This document shows, in pieces, positions 28,053-37,870 of a stretch of DNA of 64,000 bases. Under the pieces are notes generated by a model. That model was given only the letters and a program-made list of their open reading frames with translations, had not been told where the DNA came from and searched no databases. Position 1 is the first letter of the stretch. Each line of letters starts with the position of its first letter. Source of the stretch: an uncultured Bacteroidales bacterium (GTDB taxonomy: Bacteria > Bacteroidota > Bacteroidia > Bacteroidales > UBA10428). Location: positions 102,357 through 166,356 of the forward strand of contig CAVQXX010000006.1 in the NCBI GenBank assembly GCA_963717995.1, in the 5' to 3' direction. The position numbers and the translations under genes are program-made.

Positions 28053-29237
28053 ATGCCAGTGGAAATTCCCGGGTCATTTCATATAATGGCCAAGCCTTCA
28101 GGATCAACGTGCAACCTGGGTTGTGATTATTGTTTCTTTTTGAAAAAGGAAGCGCTGTACCCGGGAAGTCATTTCCGGATGACGGAAGAGGTGCATGAGG
28201 CTTACATCCGGCAGCTCCTGGAATCGCATAAATCACCTTCCATTTCCATAGCCTGGCAGGGTGGGGAGCCCACCCTGATGGGCCTTGACTTCTACAGGCA
28301 TTCCCTCGAATTACAGCAGAAATACAGGAAACCGGGTACTGTTATCGAAAATACGTTCCAAACCAATGGTATCCTGTTGAATGATGACTGGTGCAAATTC
28401 TTTCATGACAATAAATTCCTGATTGGTCTTAGCATGGACGGGCCACGGCACCTGCATGATTTTTACAGGAAGGATAAGGGAGGCCACGGAACGTTTGACA
28501 ATGTGGAAAAGGCAGCGAAGTTGCTGCAGAAGCACCGGGTTGAATTCAATATCCTGTGTACGGTTAATTCTAAAAACGGGGACCATCCCCTGGAAGTATA
28601 TCATTATTTCAGGGATATATTGAAAACAGATTTTATTCAATTCATTCCAATTGTTGAACGGGTTAATAATACGGGATACCAGGAGGGAAATACCGTTACT
28701 GACCGGACTGTCCGACCGGATCAGTGGGGGAAATTCATGTCTGCCATTTTCGATGAATGGGTGAGGAGGGATGTGGGAAGGACTTTTGTTCTGAATTTTG
28801 ATGGCGCCCTGGCCGGATGGCTTGATATGGCCGGAACAGTATGCGTATTTGCCCCGACCTGCGGATTGGGCCTTGCATTGGAGCATAACGGGGACCTGTA
28901 TTCCTGTGACCATTTCGTTGAACCGGATCATTTCCTTGGGAATATTTTGAACACTCCCCTGATCGAACTTGTTGCTTCGCAGAAACAACGGCAATTCGGA
29001 TTGGACAAAAGAGATTCCCTTCCCCGTTATTGCAGGGATTGCGAGGTGTTAAGCATTTGTAACGGGGAGTGCCCGAAAAACCGTTTTACTGAAACGCCGG
29101 ACGGGGAGGCAGGTTTGAATTACCTGTGTGAGGGATATAAGATGTTTTTCAGGCACACCGATCCCAAAATGAGAATAATGGCCGGATTAATACGCCAGGG
29201 TAAACCTGCAGATGGCGTCATGCTGAAAAAACAGTAA
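28053..29237 (+). CDS. anaerobic sulfatase-maturating enzyme (radical SAM/SPASM)
   Basis: FHIMAKPSGSTCNLGCDYCF (CxxxCxxC), and Cys-rich SPASM region CDHF...CRDCEVLSICNGECPKNR. Confidence 0.9.
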   Translation: MPVEIPGSFHIMAKPSGSTCNLGCDYCFFLKKEALYPGSHFRMTEEVHEAYIRQLLESHKSPSISIAWQGGEPTLMGLDFYRHSLELQQKYRKPGTVIENTFQTNGILLNDDWCKFFHDNKFLIGLSMDGPRHLHDFYRKDKGGHGTFDNVEKAAKLLQKHRVEFNILCTVNSKNGDHPLEVYHYFRDILKTDFIQFIPIVERVNNTGYQEGNTVTDRTVRPDQWGKFMSAIFDEWVRRDVGRTFVLNFDGALAGWLDMAGTVCVFAPTCGLGLALEHNGDLYSCDHFVEPDHFLGNILNTPLIELVASQKQRQFGLDKRDSLPRYCRDCEVLSICNGECPKNRFTETPDGEAGLNYLCEGYKMFFRHTDPKMRIMAGLIRQGKPADGVMLKKQ

Positions 29238-29284
29238 TTTCTATCAAATGTGAATAACAACCAATACATAAAAAGAACCTGATT

Positions 29285-31651
29285 ATGAGTACTCCAGACA
29301 AAAAACATCGTTCGCATCTACCGATGCGGAACACCACACGGCCGCGGTTCATTGCCTATGATGCAAAGGATCCGGACAGTAAATTTCCCCCGATTGAGCA
29401 GTTACGTCCCCCTGAAGGGGCCCCGAACGTACTGATCGTGCTGATCGACGATGCGGGTTTCGGTTCTGCCAGTGCATTCGGCGGTCCCTGTTATACACCC
29501 AATGCAGAAAAATTGGCGGCTGAAGGCTTGAAATTCAACCGTTTCCATACAACCGCCCTATGTTCTCCCACAAGGCAGGCGCTATTAACGGGCCGCAATC
29601 ACCATTCGGCCGGGATGGGAGGCATCACGGAAATTGCTACCGGTGCACCCGGCTATTGCTCCGTACTGCCTAATACCATATCGCCCCTGGCAAAAACACT
29701 TAAATTGAATGGATACAGCACAGCCCAATTCGGTAAGTGCCATGAAGTGCCTGTGTGGCAGACCAGCCAGGCCGGCCCGTTCGATGCATGGCCAACTGGA
29801 GGAGGCGGTTTTGAATACTTCTATGGGTTCATAGGGGGGGAAGCAAACCAATGGTACCCCACGCTCTATTCAGGCACAACCCCAGTCGAACCCGATAAAT
29901 CACCCGAAGAGGGATATCACCTGGTAGACGACATGACGACCAAGGCCATGAACTGGATCAGCCAGCAGAAATCCCTGGCTCCGGATAAGCCGTTCTTCGC
30001 TTATTTCGCTCCCGGGGCAACTCATGCACCCCATCATGTACCCTTAGAATGGGCCGACAAATACAAAGGCAAATTCGACCAGGGATGGGATAAACTGCGC
30101 GAGGAAACAATAGCCCGCCAGAAAAAACTGGGTATTATCCCGGCCGATTGTGAGCTTTCTGCCCGTCATAAGGAGATCCCATCCTGGGATGAGACTCCCG
30201 AAGCCTTTAAACCGGTCCTCCGCCGGGAAATGGAAGTATATGCCGGATTTCTGGAATTCACCGATCACCATGTGGGGCGGTTGGTTGATGGGTTAAAGAC
30301 ACTTGGTGTTCTTGACAATACGCTCATTTATTATATTATCGGCGACAATGGAGCCTCTGCCGAAGGCGGCATAAATGGCTGTTTTAATGAAATGAGCTAT
30401 TTTAATGGTCTTCAGGGCTTTGAGACCCCGGAATATCTTATGGAACGTATCGAAAAACTGGGTGGCACCGAATCCTACAATCACTATGCTGTTGGCTGGG
30501 CACATGCCATGAACACCCCGTACCAGTGGACGAAACAGGTAGCTTCGCATTTTGGTGGCACGCGGAATGGCACCATCGTGCATTGGCCCAAAGGAATTAA
30601 GGCCAAAGGTGAAATTCGCTCCCAATTCTCCCATGTCATCGATGTGGCCCCGACAATCCTCGAAGCAGCCGGTATTCCCCAGCCGGAATCAGTAGAAGGA
30701 ATCCAGCAGGATCCAATTGAAGGTACAAGCATGCTCCAGGCCTTCGATTATGGCAAAGCCCCGGAATTTCATGAGACTCAGTATTTCGAAATGTTCGGCA
30801 ACCGGGGAATCTATCATAAAGGCTGGACAGCTGTCACAAAACATGTAACCCCATGGATAACAGAAGTAAAGGCAGCTTTGGATGATGATGTCTGGGAACT
30901 CTATGATACAACTAAAGACTGGAGCCAGGCAAAAGACTTATCAAAGGAAATGCCGGAAAAACTACATGAATTGCAGCGGCTGTGGCTGATTGAAGCAACA
31001 AGATACAAGGTATTGCCTATTGATGACCGTTTTATGGAAAAAATCAACCCAGACACGGCCGGCCGGCCCATTCTTATCAAGGGGAAAACGCAACTCTTAT
31101 TCGGGGGCATGGGACGCCTGTCTGAAAATTGTGTACTGAGTATTAAGAACAAATCACATTCCGTTACAGCTGAAATCATTGTACCAAAGGGCGGCGCTAA
31201 AGGTGTGATCATTTCCCAGGGCGCTAACATCGGCGGATGGAGCCTGTATGCAATCGACGGTAAATTGAAGTATTGCTATAACTGGGGTGGCTTAAAACAC
31301 TTCTTTGTTGAAGGTGGAGTAATTCCGGAAGGCCAGCACCAGGTTCGCATGGAATTCGCCTATGCCGGCGGCGGCCTTGGTAAGGGCGGCAAAGTAACTC
31401 TTTACACCGATGGCAAGAAAGTGGGTGAAGGAGACATTGCCGCTACCCTGGCTATGATTTTTTCTGCAGATGACGGCCTTGATGTGGGGGAAGATTCAGG
31501 AGCCCAGGTATCACCGGATTACGGCCCGCTCGGCAACCGTTTCAACGGGGAGATCAAGGGCGTTCAGCTTGCCATTCTGGATGCTGCTGAAAATTCGGAT
31601 CACCTGGTTAAAGCCGAAGATGCCATCCGCATGGCTATGGCACGACAATAA
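29285..31651 (+). CDS. long (AtsA-like) Cys-type arylsulfatase, no signal peptide
   Basis: LCSPTRQALLTGRNHH (Cys codon at 29561-29563), VLIDDAGFG and GDNGAS blocks. Colinear with the 25671-27998 product, including the C-terminal domain. Confidence 0.9.
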   Translation: MSTPDKKHRSHLPMRNTTRPRFIAYDAKDPDSKFPPIEQLRPPEGAPNVLIVLIDDAGFGSASAFGGPCYTPNAEKLAAEGLKFNRFHTTALCSPTRQALLTGRNHHSAGMGGITEIATGAPGYCSVLPNTISPLAKTLKLNGYSTAQFGKCHEVPVWQTSQAGPFDAWPTGGGGFEYFYGFIGGEANQWYPTLYSGTTPVEPDKSPEEGYHLVDDMTTKAMNWISQQKSLAPDKPFFAYFAPGATHAPHHVPLEWADKYKGKFDQGWDKLREETIARQKKLGIIPADCELSARHKEIPSWDETPEAFKPVLRREMEVYAGFLEFTDHHVGRLVDGLKTLGVLDNTLIYYIIGDNGASAEGGINGCFNEMSYFNGLQGFETPEYLMERIEKLGGTESYNHYAVGWAHAMNTPYQWTKQVASHFGGTRNGTIVHWPKGIKAKGEIRSQFSHVIDVAPTILEAAGIPQPESVEGIQQDPIEGTSMLQAFDYGKAPEFHETQYFEMFGNRGIYHKGWTAVTKHVTPWITEVKAALDDDVWELYDTTKDWSQAKDLSKEMPEKLHELQRLWLIEATRYKVLPIDDRFMEKINPDTAGRPILIKGKTQLLFGGMGRLSENCVLSIKNKSHSVTAEIIVPKGGAKGVIISQGANIGGWSLYAIDGKLKYCYNWGGLKHFFVEGGVIPEGQHQVRMEFAYAGGGLGKGGKVTLYTDGKKVGEGDIAATLAMIFSADDGLDVGEDSGAQVSPDYGPLGNRFNGEIKGVQLAILDAAENSDHLVKAEDAIRMAMARQ

Positions 31652-31712
31652 TGGCAAAAAAGTTCCCCCATCAGGTAATTGTCTGATGGGGGTTAACTTT
31701 TGTATCATACAA

Positions 31713-32708
31713 ATGACAGAAAACCAGGCCTATATAACAGACATGGTATTTATCCCGGGAGGTACATTTGCCATGGGTTCAGAAAATTTCTATCCCGAGG
31801 AACGTCCGGTGCAGAAGGTCAGTGTGGACGGTTTCTGGATTGATAAATTTGTTGTTACCAATGCAGAGTTTGCGCGTTTTGTGGCTTCAACCGGGTATAT
31901 TACCGTGGCTGAACGACCGCTCGATCCGGCTATATTTCCCGAGCTTCCCCCGGAAAGCCTGGCCCCGGGTGCACTGCTTTTTCATAAAACACCCGGGCCG
32001 GTTGATCTGAACAATTTTGCCAACTGGTGGTCGTGGATTCCCGGAACATCCTGGAATCATCCCTATGGCCCGGACTCGTCCCTGGACGGTTTGGAACAGC
32101 ACCCTGTAGTGCATGTCGCCTATGAAGATGCTGAAACCTATGCAAAATGGGCCGGCAAAGAACTTCCAACTGAAGCTGAATGGGAATATGCCGCCCGCGG
32201 GGGACTGGATGGAAAAAACTTCACCTGGGGTGATGAGGATCCTTCCGCTACTAATCCAATGGCTAATACCTGGCAGGGAGAGTTCCCGTGGCAAAACCTG
32301 CTTGTTGACAGGTATGAACGGACATCCCCAATAGGATCATTTGCTCCGAACGGGTATGGCCTCTACGATATGGCCGGCAATGTATGGGAATGGACCTGTG
32401 ACTGGTATATACCCCGTCGGGGTGTCGAGATCAGCAAGCCCTGCTGCACTCCCATGCTTAATCCAAGGGTGGTTACGCCTGAAAAAAGCTATGATCCGCA
32501 ACAACCCGGATTTAAGATTCCCCGCAAAGTACTCAAGGGCGGGTCTCATTTATGTGCACCCAATTACTGCCTGCGGTATCGCCCGGCAGCACGATCCCCG
32601 CAAATGATCGATACGGGAATGAGCCATGTGGGATTCCGTTGCATTATCCGTGAAAATAAACGGGACAGTGGGAAAAATGTACATGGCTTCCGGATTGCAA
32701 GGCCATAA
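31713..32708 (+). CDS. formylglycine-generating enzyme (FGE/SUMF1 family)
   Basis: MVFIPGGTFAMGS...ERPVQKVSVDGFWIDKFVVTNAEF...GNVWEWTCDWY...KGGSHLCAPNYCLRYRPAAR. ATG at 31713; the upstream part of the ORF overlaps the sulfatase gene. Confidence 0.9.
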   Translation: MTENQAYITDMVFIPGGTFAMGSENFYPEERPVQKVSVDGFWIDKFVVTNAEFARFVASTGYITVAERPLDPAIFPELPPESLAPGALLFHKTPGPVDLNNFANWWSWIPGTSWNHPYGPDSSLDGLEQHPVVHVAYEDAETYAKWAGKELPTEAEWEYAARGGLDGKNFTWGDEDPSATNPMANTWQGEFPWQNLLVDRYERTSPIGSFAPNGYGLYDMAGNVWEWTCDWYIPRRGVEISKPCCTPMLNPRVVTPEKSYDPQQPGFKIPRKVLKGGSHLCAPNYCLRYRPAARSPQMIDTGMSHVGFRCIIRENKRDSGKNVHGFRIARP

Positions 32709-32745
32709 TTTGACATGAGAATCAACCTATCGCTAACTATATTAC

Positions 32746-33912
32746 ATGAAATATCAGCTTATGCAAAAAGATAACAACGTTCCGGAATTTATCCTCCTTG
32801 GGGGACCGCTATATTGGCTTGGCGGCAAGCTTGGCCTGGTAAAAGGGACCAGGACATTCCCCTTTGGAATAGCGCTGGGCTTGTTTACCTGGGGCATTTT
32901 GATGATCTTTGTATTAGTGCATGGAATGCTGCCATTTGCCTTTTCGATCCACTATATCGGTGCTCATGTACGTTTACTGGTGGCTCTTCCCCTGCTGTTT
33001 CTTGCCGAAACCTGGGTGGTCCCGAGAATGGCGGAATTCGTTCATAACATTACGGATTCCGGAATGGTCCCGGAAGATTCTCTGCCCCAATTATCAAAGG
33101 ATATCCGTAAAATTGACCGGTTGAAAAATAATTGGATGCTTGAGATCCTTTTTGTCCTGGCTGCCATTATCTTACCCATGCTTTTTAGTTTTCCCGGAAG
33201 GACTGGTGCCATGGACACATTGAATGAACTATTGAAACACGCTGATACCCGGTTCTGGTACGTCTATTTTTGTCTGCCACTTTTCCGTTATATAACCCTG
33301 CGATGGATGTGGACGCTGATCCTCTGGTGGTACTTTCTTTACAGGGTCCAGAAATTAAAGCTTCACCTTGTTCCGACACATCCCGATGGCGCTGCCGGAC
33401 TGGGCTTCCTGGAGGTTGTACAATTGCATTTTGCCCCTATCGTTCTGGCTTCTTCTGCCATATTTTCAACTGCCTTTGCCGAGAATATTTCGGCAGGGAC
33501 CATGCGTTTTGAAGATCTGTATCATTTAGTACCTATAGTAATCCTTTTAAGCGCCGTTTTGTTTATCTGCCCGCTGTATATATTCTCAAGCAAACTTTGG
33601 AAAGCCAAGGTCACAGGGCTGAACGAATACATGGTAATGGCCCATCATTATGTAGATGCTTTTGACCGTAAATGGATACGGGGAGAAAACCCGTCGGGAG
33701 AGGAACAATTGGGTACAGGGGATATTCAATCCCTGGCAGACCTGAATAACAGCGTTAGTATTATTAAGAGTATGCGGGTTATACCGACCAGCCGGAATCT
33801 CATCCTTTCCATTGCGGGATCATGCATTATTCCGATGTTGCCATTGCTTTTGCTAAAGTACCCCCTGCTTGAAATTATAGGCACCTTGCTCAACATTTTG
33901 TCGGGTCAGTAG
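32746..33912 (+). CDS. uncharacterised multi-pass membrane protein
   Basis: 388-aa ORF with several long hydrophobic helices. No family recognised. Confidence 0.55.
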   Translation: MKYQLMQKDNNVPEFILLGGPLYWLGGKLGLVKGTRTFPFGIALGLFTWGILMIFVLVHGMLPFAFSIHYIGAHVRLLVALPLLFLAETWVVPRMAEFVHNITDSGMVPEDSLPQLSKDIRKIDRLKNNWMLEILFVLAAIILPMLFSFPGRTGAMDTLNELLKHADTRFWYVYFCLPLFRYITLRWMWTLILWWYFLYRVQKLKLHLVPTHPDGAAGLGFLEVVQLHFAPIVLASSAIFSTAFAENISAGTMRFEDLYHLVPIVILLSAVLFICPLYIFSSKLWKAKVTGLNEYMVMAHHYVDAFDRKWIRGENPSGEEQLGTGDIQSLADLNNSVSIIKSMRVIPTSRNLILSIAGSCIIPMLPLLLLKYPLLEIIGTLLNILSGQ

Positions 33913-34039
33913 GTTTATAAAATAAAATATTCAACTTATGGATTTGAAGCAATATCTTGTCGGCTTATTTTACCCGGGCATCCATGCCGTATTGATGAAG
34001 TATAAAATGACATCACCCCGTAACCTTAAACTTTTAACT

Positions 34040-34570
34040 ATGAATACAAAACTTCTTCTTATCTTTATTCTTTTCCTGAGTGTCGGAATAAATGCCTTTT
34101 CCCAGGAAGTATCCAGCAAAGAAGCCAAAGAAGCGCAAAAACTGGAAGTCCAGAAACAAATTGAGGAATTGCTCAATTCAAAAGAGTTTGTTTTTGTCGG
34201 GACAGATGCCTATCCCACCGGGTATAGAACGGTAAGCCTGACAAGCCGGCCAAACTTTGTAAAGTTTCACCCTGATCTAATAGACAGCGATATGCCCTAT
34301 TTCGGCAGGGCAAACAGCAGCGTGGCTTATGCCAGTACTTCCGATGCCGGTCTGAAATTCAAGGGGAAGCCGGACGATTATACAATCGAAAAGAAAAAAA
34401 AGAATTACCAGCTTTCCGCAGCGGTAAAAGAGGCAGGAGACTATTACAAGATCACCCTGGTCGTTCAGTTTTCAGGCAGTTCAACACTTACCATAATCAG
34501 TGGTAACCGCAGCCCGATTTCCTACAACGGTTATGTTGGAAAACCGGCTACCGCCGGTACAGGCAAATAA
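34040..34570 (+). CDS. DUF4251-like secreted protein
   Basis: ATG at 34040 gives signal peptide MNTKLLLIFILFLSVGINAFSQ. The FVFVGTDAYP...SDMPYFGRA...ISYNGYV pattern is recalled as DUF4251; unverified. Confidence 0.5.
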   Translation: MNTKLLLIFILFLSVGINAFSQEVSSKEAKEAQKLEVQKQIEELLNSKEFVFVGTDAYPTGYRTVSLTSRPNFVKFHPDLIDSDMPYFGRANSSVAYASTSDAGLKFKGKPDDYTIEKKKKNYQLSAAVKEAGDYYKITLVVQFSGSSTLTIISGNRSPISYNGYVGKPATAGTGK

Positions 34571-34603
34571 CAAAGAATTCTTAAACCTTTTATACTCTTA
34601 ATT

Positions 34604-35155
34604 ATGAAAAAAGCAATTTTCCTTTTCTTATCATGTATTTTTTTTACGGGTGCCATGGCCCAGGAAAACAGTCTCATTCTCAGTGGAGGTTATGTATTTA
34701 CAAATATTGAGAATAGTGATATTGATGCCAGTGGTTTCAGAATCAATGCCTTATATGATTTTAACCCACAAGGGGGCATGTTCTCCCATGGTTTTTCTTT
34801 TGGATATATTCACACTTCAGCAACTGATGACTCACAGTTAAATAATGCAGAATATAAACTTACTACTCTGCCTGTCTATTATGCTCCGAAAATATCCGTC
34901 GGTAAAGGATCTGTCAAAGGCTACCTGAAAGGGGCACTTGGAATTCATTTTTCTCATTATAAAAGAACCGGGGACCTGGCCGAAATAAACGATTGGGATG
35001 CCGGATTCTTTGGCGGTGCAGGTTTGGGTGTTTCGAAGACAATCAATGAAAAAATATTCGTAAATTTAGAATATGAATGGGATTACATGTCCAATACTGC
35101 CTATGTGGATGGATTTGTAAATTCTGTGATGCTTGGTGTTGGAATGAAATTTTGA
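34604..35155 (+). CDS. small outer-membrane beta-barrel protein
   Basis: Signal peptide MKKAIFLFLSCIFFTGAMAQ, alternating strands, C-terminal MLGVGMKF. Confidence 0.65.
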   Translation: MKKAIFLFLSCIFFTGAMAQENSLILSGGYVFTNIENSDIDASGFRINALYDFNPQGGMFSHGFSFGYIHTSATDDSQLNNAEYKLTTLPVYYAPKISVGKGSVKGYLKGALGIHFSHYKRTGDLAEINDWDAGFFGGAGLGVSKTINEKIFVNLEYEWDYMSNTAYVDGFVNSVMLGVGMKF

Positions 35156-35183
35156 TTTCGCTCAAATAAAAAACACGGTAATC

Positions 35184-36173
35184 ATGGGTAAAAAAAACAC
35201 TTCAAAAAGTAAAAGTTCTGATAAATTGAAATCAGAGGTAAAATCGAAGCTGATTGACGCCAGCAATCTTAAAAAAAAGGAACTGGTTGAACGGGCAAGG
35301 AAGTTTTCAGCACAATATCGCGTGGATGACAGGGATAAGTTCCGGTTGAAGGATTATGAAACTGAAGCCAAAATTGATCTGGATTCTGAAGATAAGCCGT
35401 TGATAAACCAAACTCTGCAATTGGGTGTGGAAGCACTGGCCGCCATGCAGGATATCCTGTATGCCCAGGATAAATGGTCAGTATTGCTTATTTTCCAGGC
35501 AATGGATGCAGCCGGCAAGGATGGCGCCATCAAACATGTTATGTCGGGTATCAACCCCCAGGGATGCCAGGTTACATCTTTCAAGGCTCCCAGTGCGGAA
35601 GAGCTTGATCATGATTTTTTATGGCGTTGCCAGCGACAATTGCCGGAAAGAGGCCGTATTGGTATTTTTAACCGTTCCTATTATGAAGAAGTGCTTGTTG
35701 TGAGGGTCCATGAGGAAATTCTGCAAGCCCAAAAGCTGGATAAAAAACTGATTACAAAAGAAATCTGGAAAGAGCGCTTCAAGGATATCCGGAATTTTGA
35801 GAAATACCTGTACCGGAACGGAACCATAGTTGTTAAATTCTTCCTTCATGTTTCAAAGGATGAACAAAAGAAACGGTTTATTGAACGGATCGATAATCCC
35901 GATAAGAACTGGAAGTTCAGCACTGCCGATGCCAAAGAAAGGACCTTTTGGAAGGATTATATGAATGCCTACGAGGATATGATACGGAATACCTCTACAA
36001 AAAAAGCGCCGTGGTATGTTGTGCCCGCCGATAACAAAGCGTATGCACGTATTGTGATCGCTTCAGCTATTATCAATTCCCTCGATGCTCTCGATTTGAA
36101 ATATCCGAAAGTAGGCAAGGAGAAAATAGCCGAACTCAATGAAATAAAAAAAATATTGCTCGGGGAAAAATAA
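35184..36173 (+). CDS. ppk2: polyphosphate kinase 2 family protein
   Basis: LLIFQAMDAAGKDGAIKHV (Walker A), SFKAPSAEELDHDFLWR, GIFNRSYYEEVLVVRVH, WYVVPADNK. Confidence 0.9.
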   Translation: MGKKNTSKSKSSDKLKSEVKSKLIDASNLKKKELVERARKFSAQYRVDDRDKFRLKDYETEAKIDLDSEDKPLINQTLQLGVEALAAMQDILYAQDKWSVLLIFQAMDAAGKDGAIKHVMSGINPQGCQVTSFKAPSAEELDHDFLWRCQRQLPERGRIGIFNRSYYEEVLVVRVHEEILQAQKLDKKLITKEIWKERFKDIRNFEKYLYRNGTIVVKFFLHVSKDEQKKRFIERIDNPDKNWKFSTADAKERTFWKDYMNAYEDMIRNTSTKKAPWYVVPADNKAYARIVIASAIINSLDALDLKYPKVGKEKIAELNEIKKILLGEK

Positions 36174-36199
36174 TAAATACAGTTACGCCCTGTTTTTTC

Positions 36200-37504
36200 T
36201 CAGAATACCTCCGATGCGGCCAGGTAAAACCCGAAGGATTTGTTGCCAAATCCGATATCCACGGCAAGATTTGTTCGTGATCGTTTATCGACCATGATCC
36301 GTAATCCGGCGCCATAACCGGGTTTAATGGATTCAAACAGTCCCAGATCCAGGGTTGGATTATCCGAAGTGGTACCGTTCACAAATACAACTCCCCCCAG
36401 GATCCCTCCGCACCTTGAAATAGGGAACCGGTATTCAGCCTCCCCGTAAACCAGGTTAGCCCCCCGGTATCGTCCCTGTGTGTATCCACGTCCGCTTCTT
36501 CCGCGTTGATCATATGAGGTTGCGGGTAACACAAGATAGGGAAGTTCACCAGCCGGCGAAAAGTCACCCATAAGCCAGAAAGCGAGAAGGTGCCTCGGAT
36601 TGCTCTTTGAAAAACTCTGGTAGGCCCGGAATTCTATTTGTGTAAGATTCGAGTAATTTTTATTGCCCAAAAACTCAAAACCACCGCGCCAGCTTGCCAT
36701 GGCATAGATCCCACGGTAAGGATTAATCATATTGTCGCGCGTGTCATATACTACCTTTACGTTTAATGCGGACACGGAATACTTCGATGTGTTATAGCCA
36801 TAATGCGTGCTGTACAGGTAGTGACTTGTCAGGAAAGTATCCGGTGGGGTCAGCCTGAGTTTTTCATCCTTGATTTTGGAGTAAGAATCAAAATAGAATC
36901 CCAATCCTGCATATAAACCAGGAGTTATTTTGTAGGATACCGATTGGTGGAACCTGCCAAAATTAAATTTCATGGGTTGTGTCAGAGAATCTTCGGTAGT
37001 TGAAGTGCCATATAAATTGTACTGATAATCGATAATGCCACCAACCGGCGCGTTGGTCCCTAACCCGTATGTAGATTGCGAATAAATAAGATACCGCCAG
37101 TCACCACTGAAAAAAATCCTGTTTGACCTTGTATATACATTATTTTTCAGCATGAATATCACCTGTGATTTCGTGGTAAACTGGGCACTTCCTGAAAAAT
37201 TAGAATACAGGGTGCTTCCGCTCATTTTAAAAGCATATTGCCCCCCGACGCCCACCATAAATCCTGTTGCAGGATTAGATCCGATTATGGGAAGCAGAAG
37301 AAGCGACCCGCTCGCTTCCGGCTTATTTTTTGGTGACTTGTGCAGGGCAGCCCGAAGCACGTCCCCCAGTTCCTTCTGCACACACCCGGTATCAGAGCTT
37401 ACCTTAAGAGAATCCTGGGCAGAGAGATCCGGGGATAATACAAAGCAGAAACCAAGGAAGAGCAACAAAAACAGGATTTTACTTTTTGAAGGAATAATCG
37501 GCAT
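36200..37504 (-). CDS. BamA/TamA-family (surface antigen D15-like) outer-membrane protein without POTRA region
   Basis: Signal peptide, long beta-barrel, and C-terminal block GAGLRIMVDKRSRTNLAVDIGFG...GFYLAASEVF typical of the Omp85 barrel end. Confidence 0.7.
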   Translation of the reverse strand: MPIIPSKSKILFLLLFLGFCFVLSPDLSAQDSLKVSSDTGCVQKELGDVLRAALHKSPKNKPEASGSLLLLPIIGSNPATGFMVGVGGQYAFKMSGSTLYSNFSGSAQFTTKSQVIFMLKNNVYTRSNRIFFSGDWRYLIYSQSTYGLGTNAPVGGIIDYQYNLYGTSTTEDSLTQPMKFNFGRFHQSVSYKITPGLYAGLGFYFDSYSKIKDEKLRLTPPDTFLTSHYLYSTHYGYNTSKYSVSALNVKVVYDTRDNMINPYRGIYAMASWRGGFEFLGNKNYSNLTQIEFRAYQSFSKSNPRHLLAFWLMGDFSPAGELPYLVLPATSYDQRGRSGRGYTQGRYRGANLVYGEAEYRFPISRCGGILGGVVFVNGTTSDNPTLDLGLFESIKPGYGAGLRIMVDKRSRTNLAVDIGFGNKSFGFYLAASEVF

Positions 37505-37597
37505 GTATCAGGAAAATTAGTATAATCGTCCATAAAAGTACACTAATTAAGTTGTTATTTCAAAACCCGTTAATGAATCGGATTTTATGTAAATTTG

Positions 37598-37774
37598 TTA
37601 GCAGGCTGCAGTCTGAAGGCTGCAGGCTATGATGTCTTCGAGATTCGAAATTCGGTGTTCCCCCGACAAAAGTCGGGACAGGCTTTGTTCGGTGTTATTT
37701 TGCCTTAAATAACACTGAACATCGAACACCCAACGGTGAATTCCGAAGACAATTGACTGCAAGACTGCAAGACT
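37598..37774. repeat. ~175-bp imperfect palindrome with two nested perfect hairpins
   Basis: Arms share TGCAGTCT/AGACTGCA, GTCTTCG/CGAAGAC and GGTGTTC/GAACACC. Inner hairpins are CCCGAC-AAAA-GTCGGG (37662-37677) and GTGTTATTT-TGCCTT-AAATAACAC (37692-37715). The right arm ends in GACTGCAA x2.5. Confidence 0.7.
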
Positions 37775-37870
37775 CATTAGCATATTAGCACATTAGCATA
37801 TTAGCATATTAGCACATTAGCATATTAGCATATTAGCACATTAGCATATTAGCACATTGACACATTGTAC
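37775..37870 (+). repeat. tandem octamer array (YATTAGCA) x10 plus 2 degenerate units
   Basis: CATTAGCA/TATTAGCA units run head-to-tail across 37775-37854, then CATTGACA CATTGTAC. The array runs into the TTG start of the next ORF. Confidence 0.9.

Noticed and set aside
31470-31712. N-terminal extension of the FGE ORF, giving a 412-aa version.
   Set aside because: The extension overlaps the 3' end of the sulfatase gene in another frame and has no FGE-like sequence. The ATG at 31713 gives the canonical N-terminus.
37598-37783. 61-aa minus-strand ORF in the palindromic intergenic element.
   Set aside because: It lies entirely within nested inverted repeats. It has no recognisable protein features or start context.
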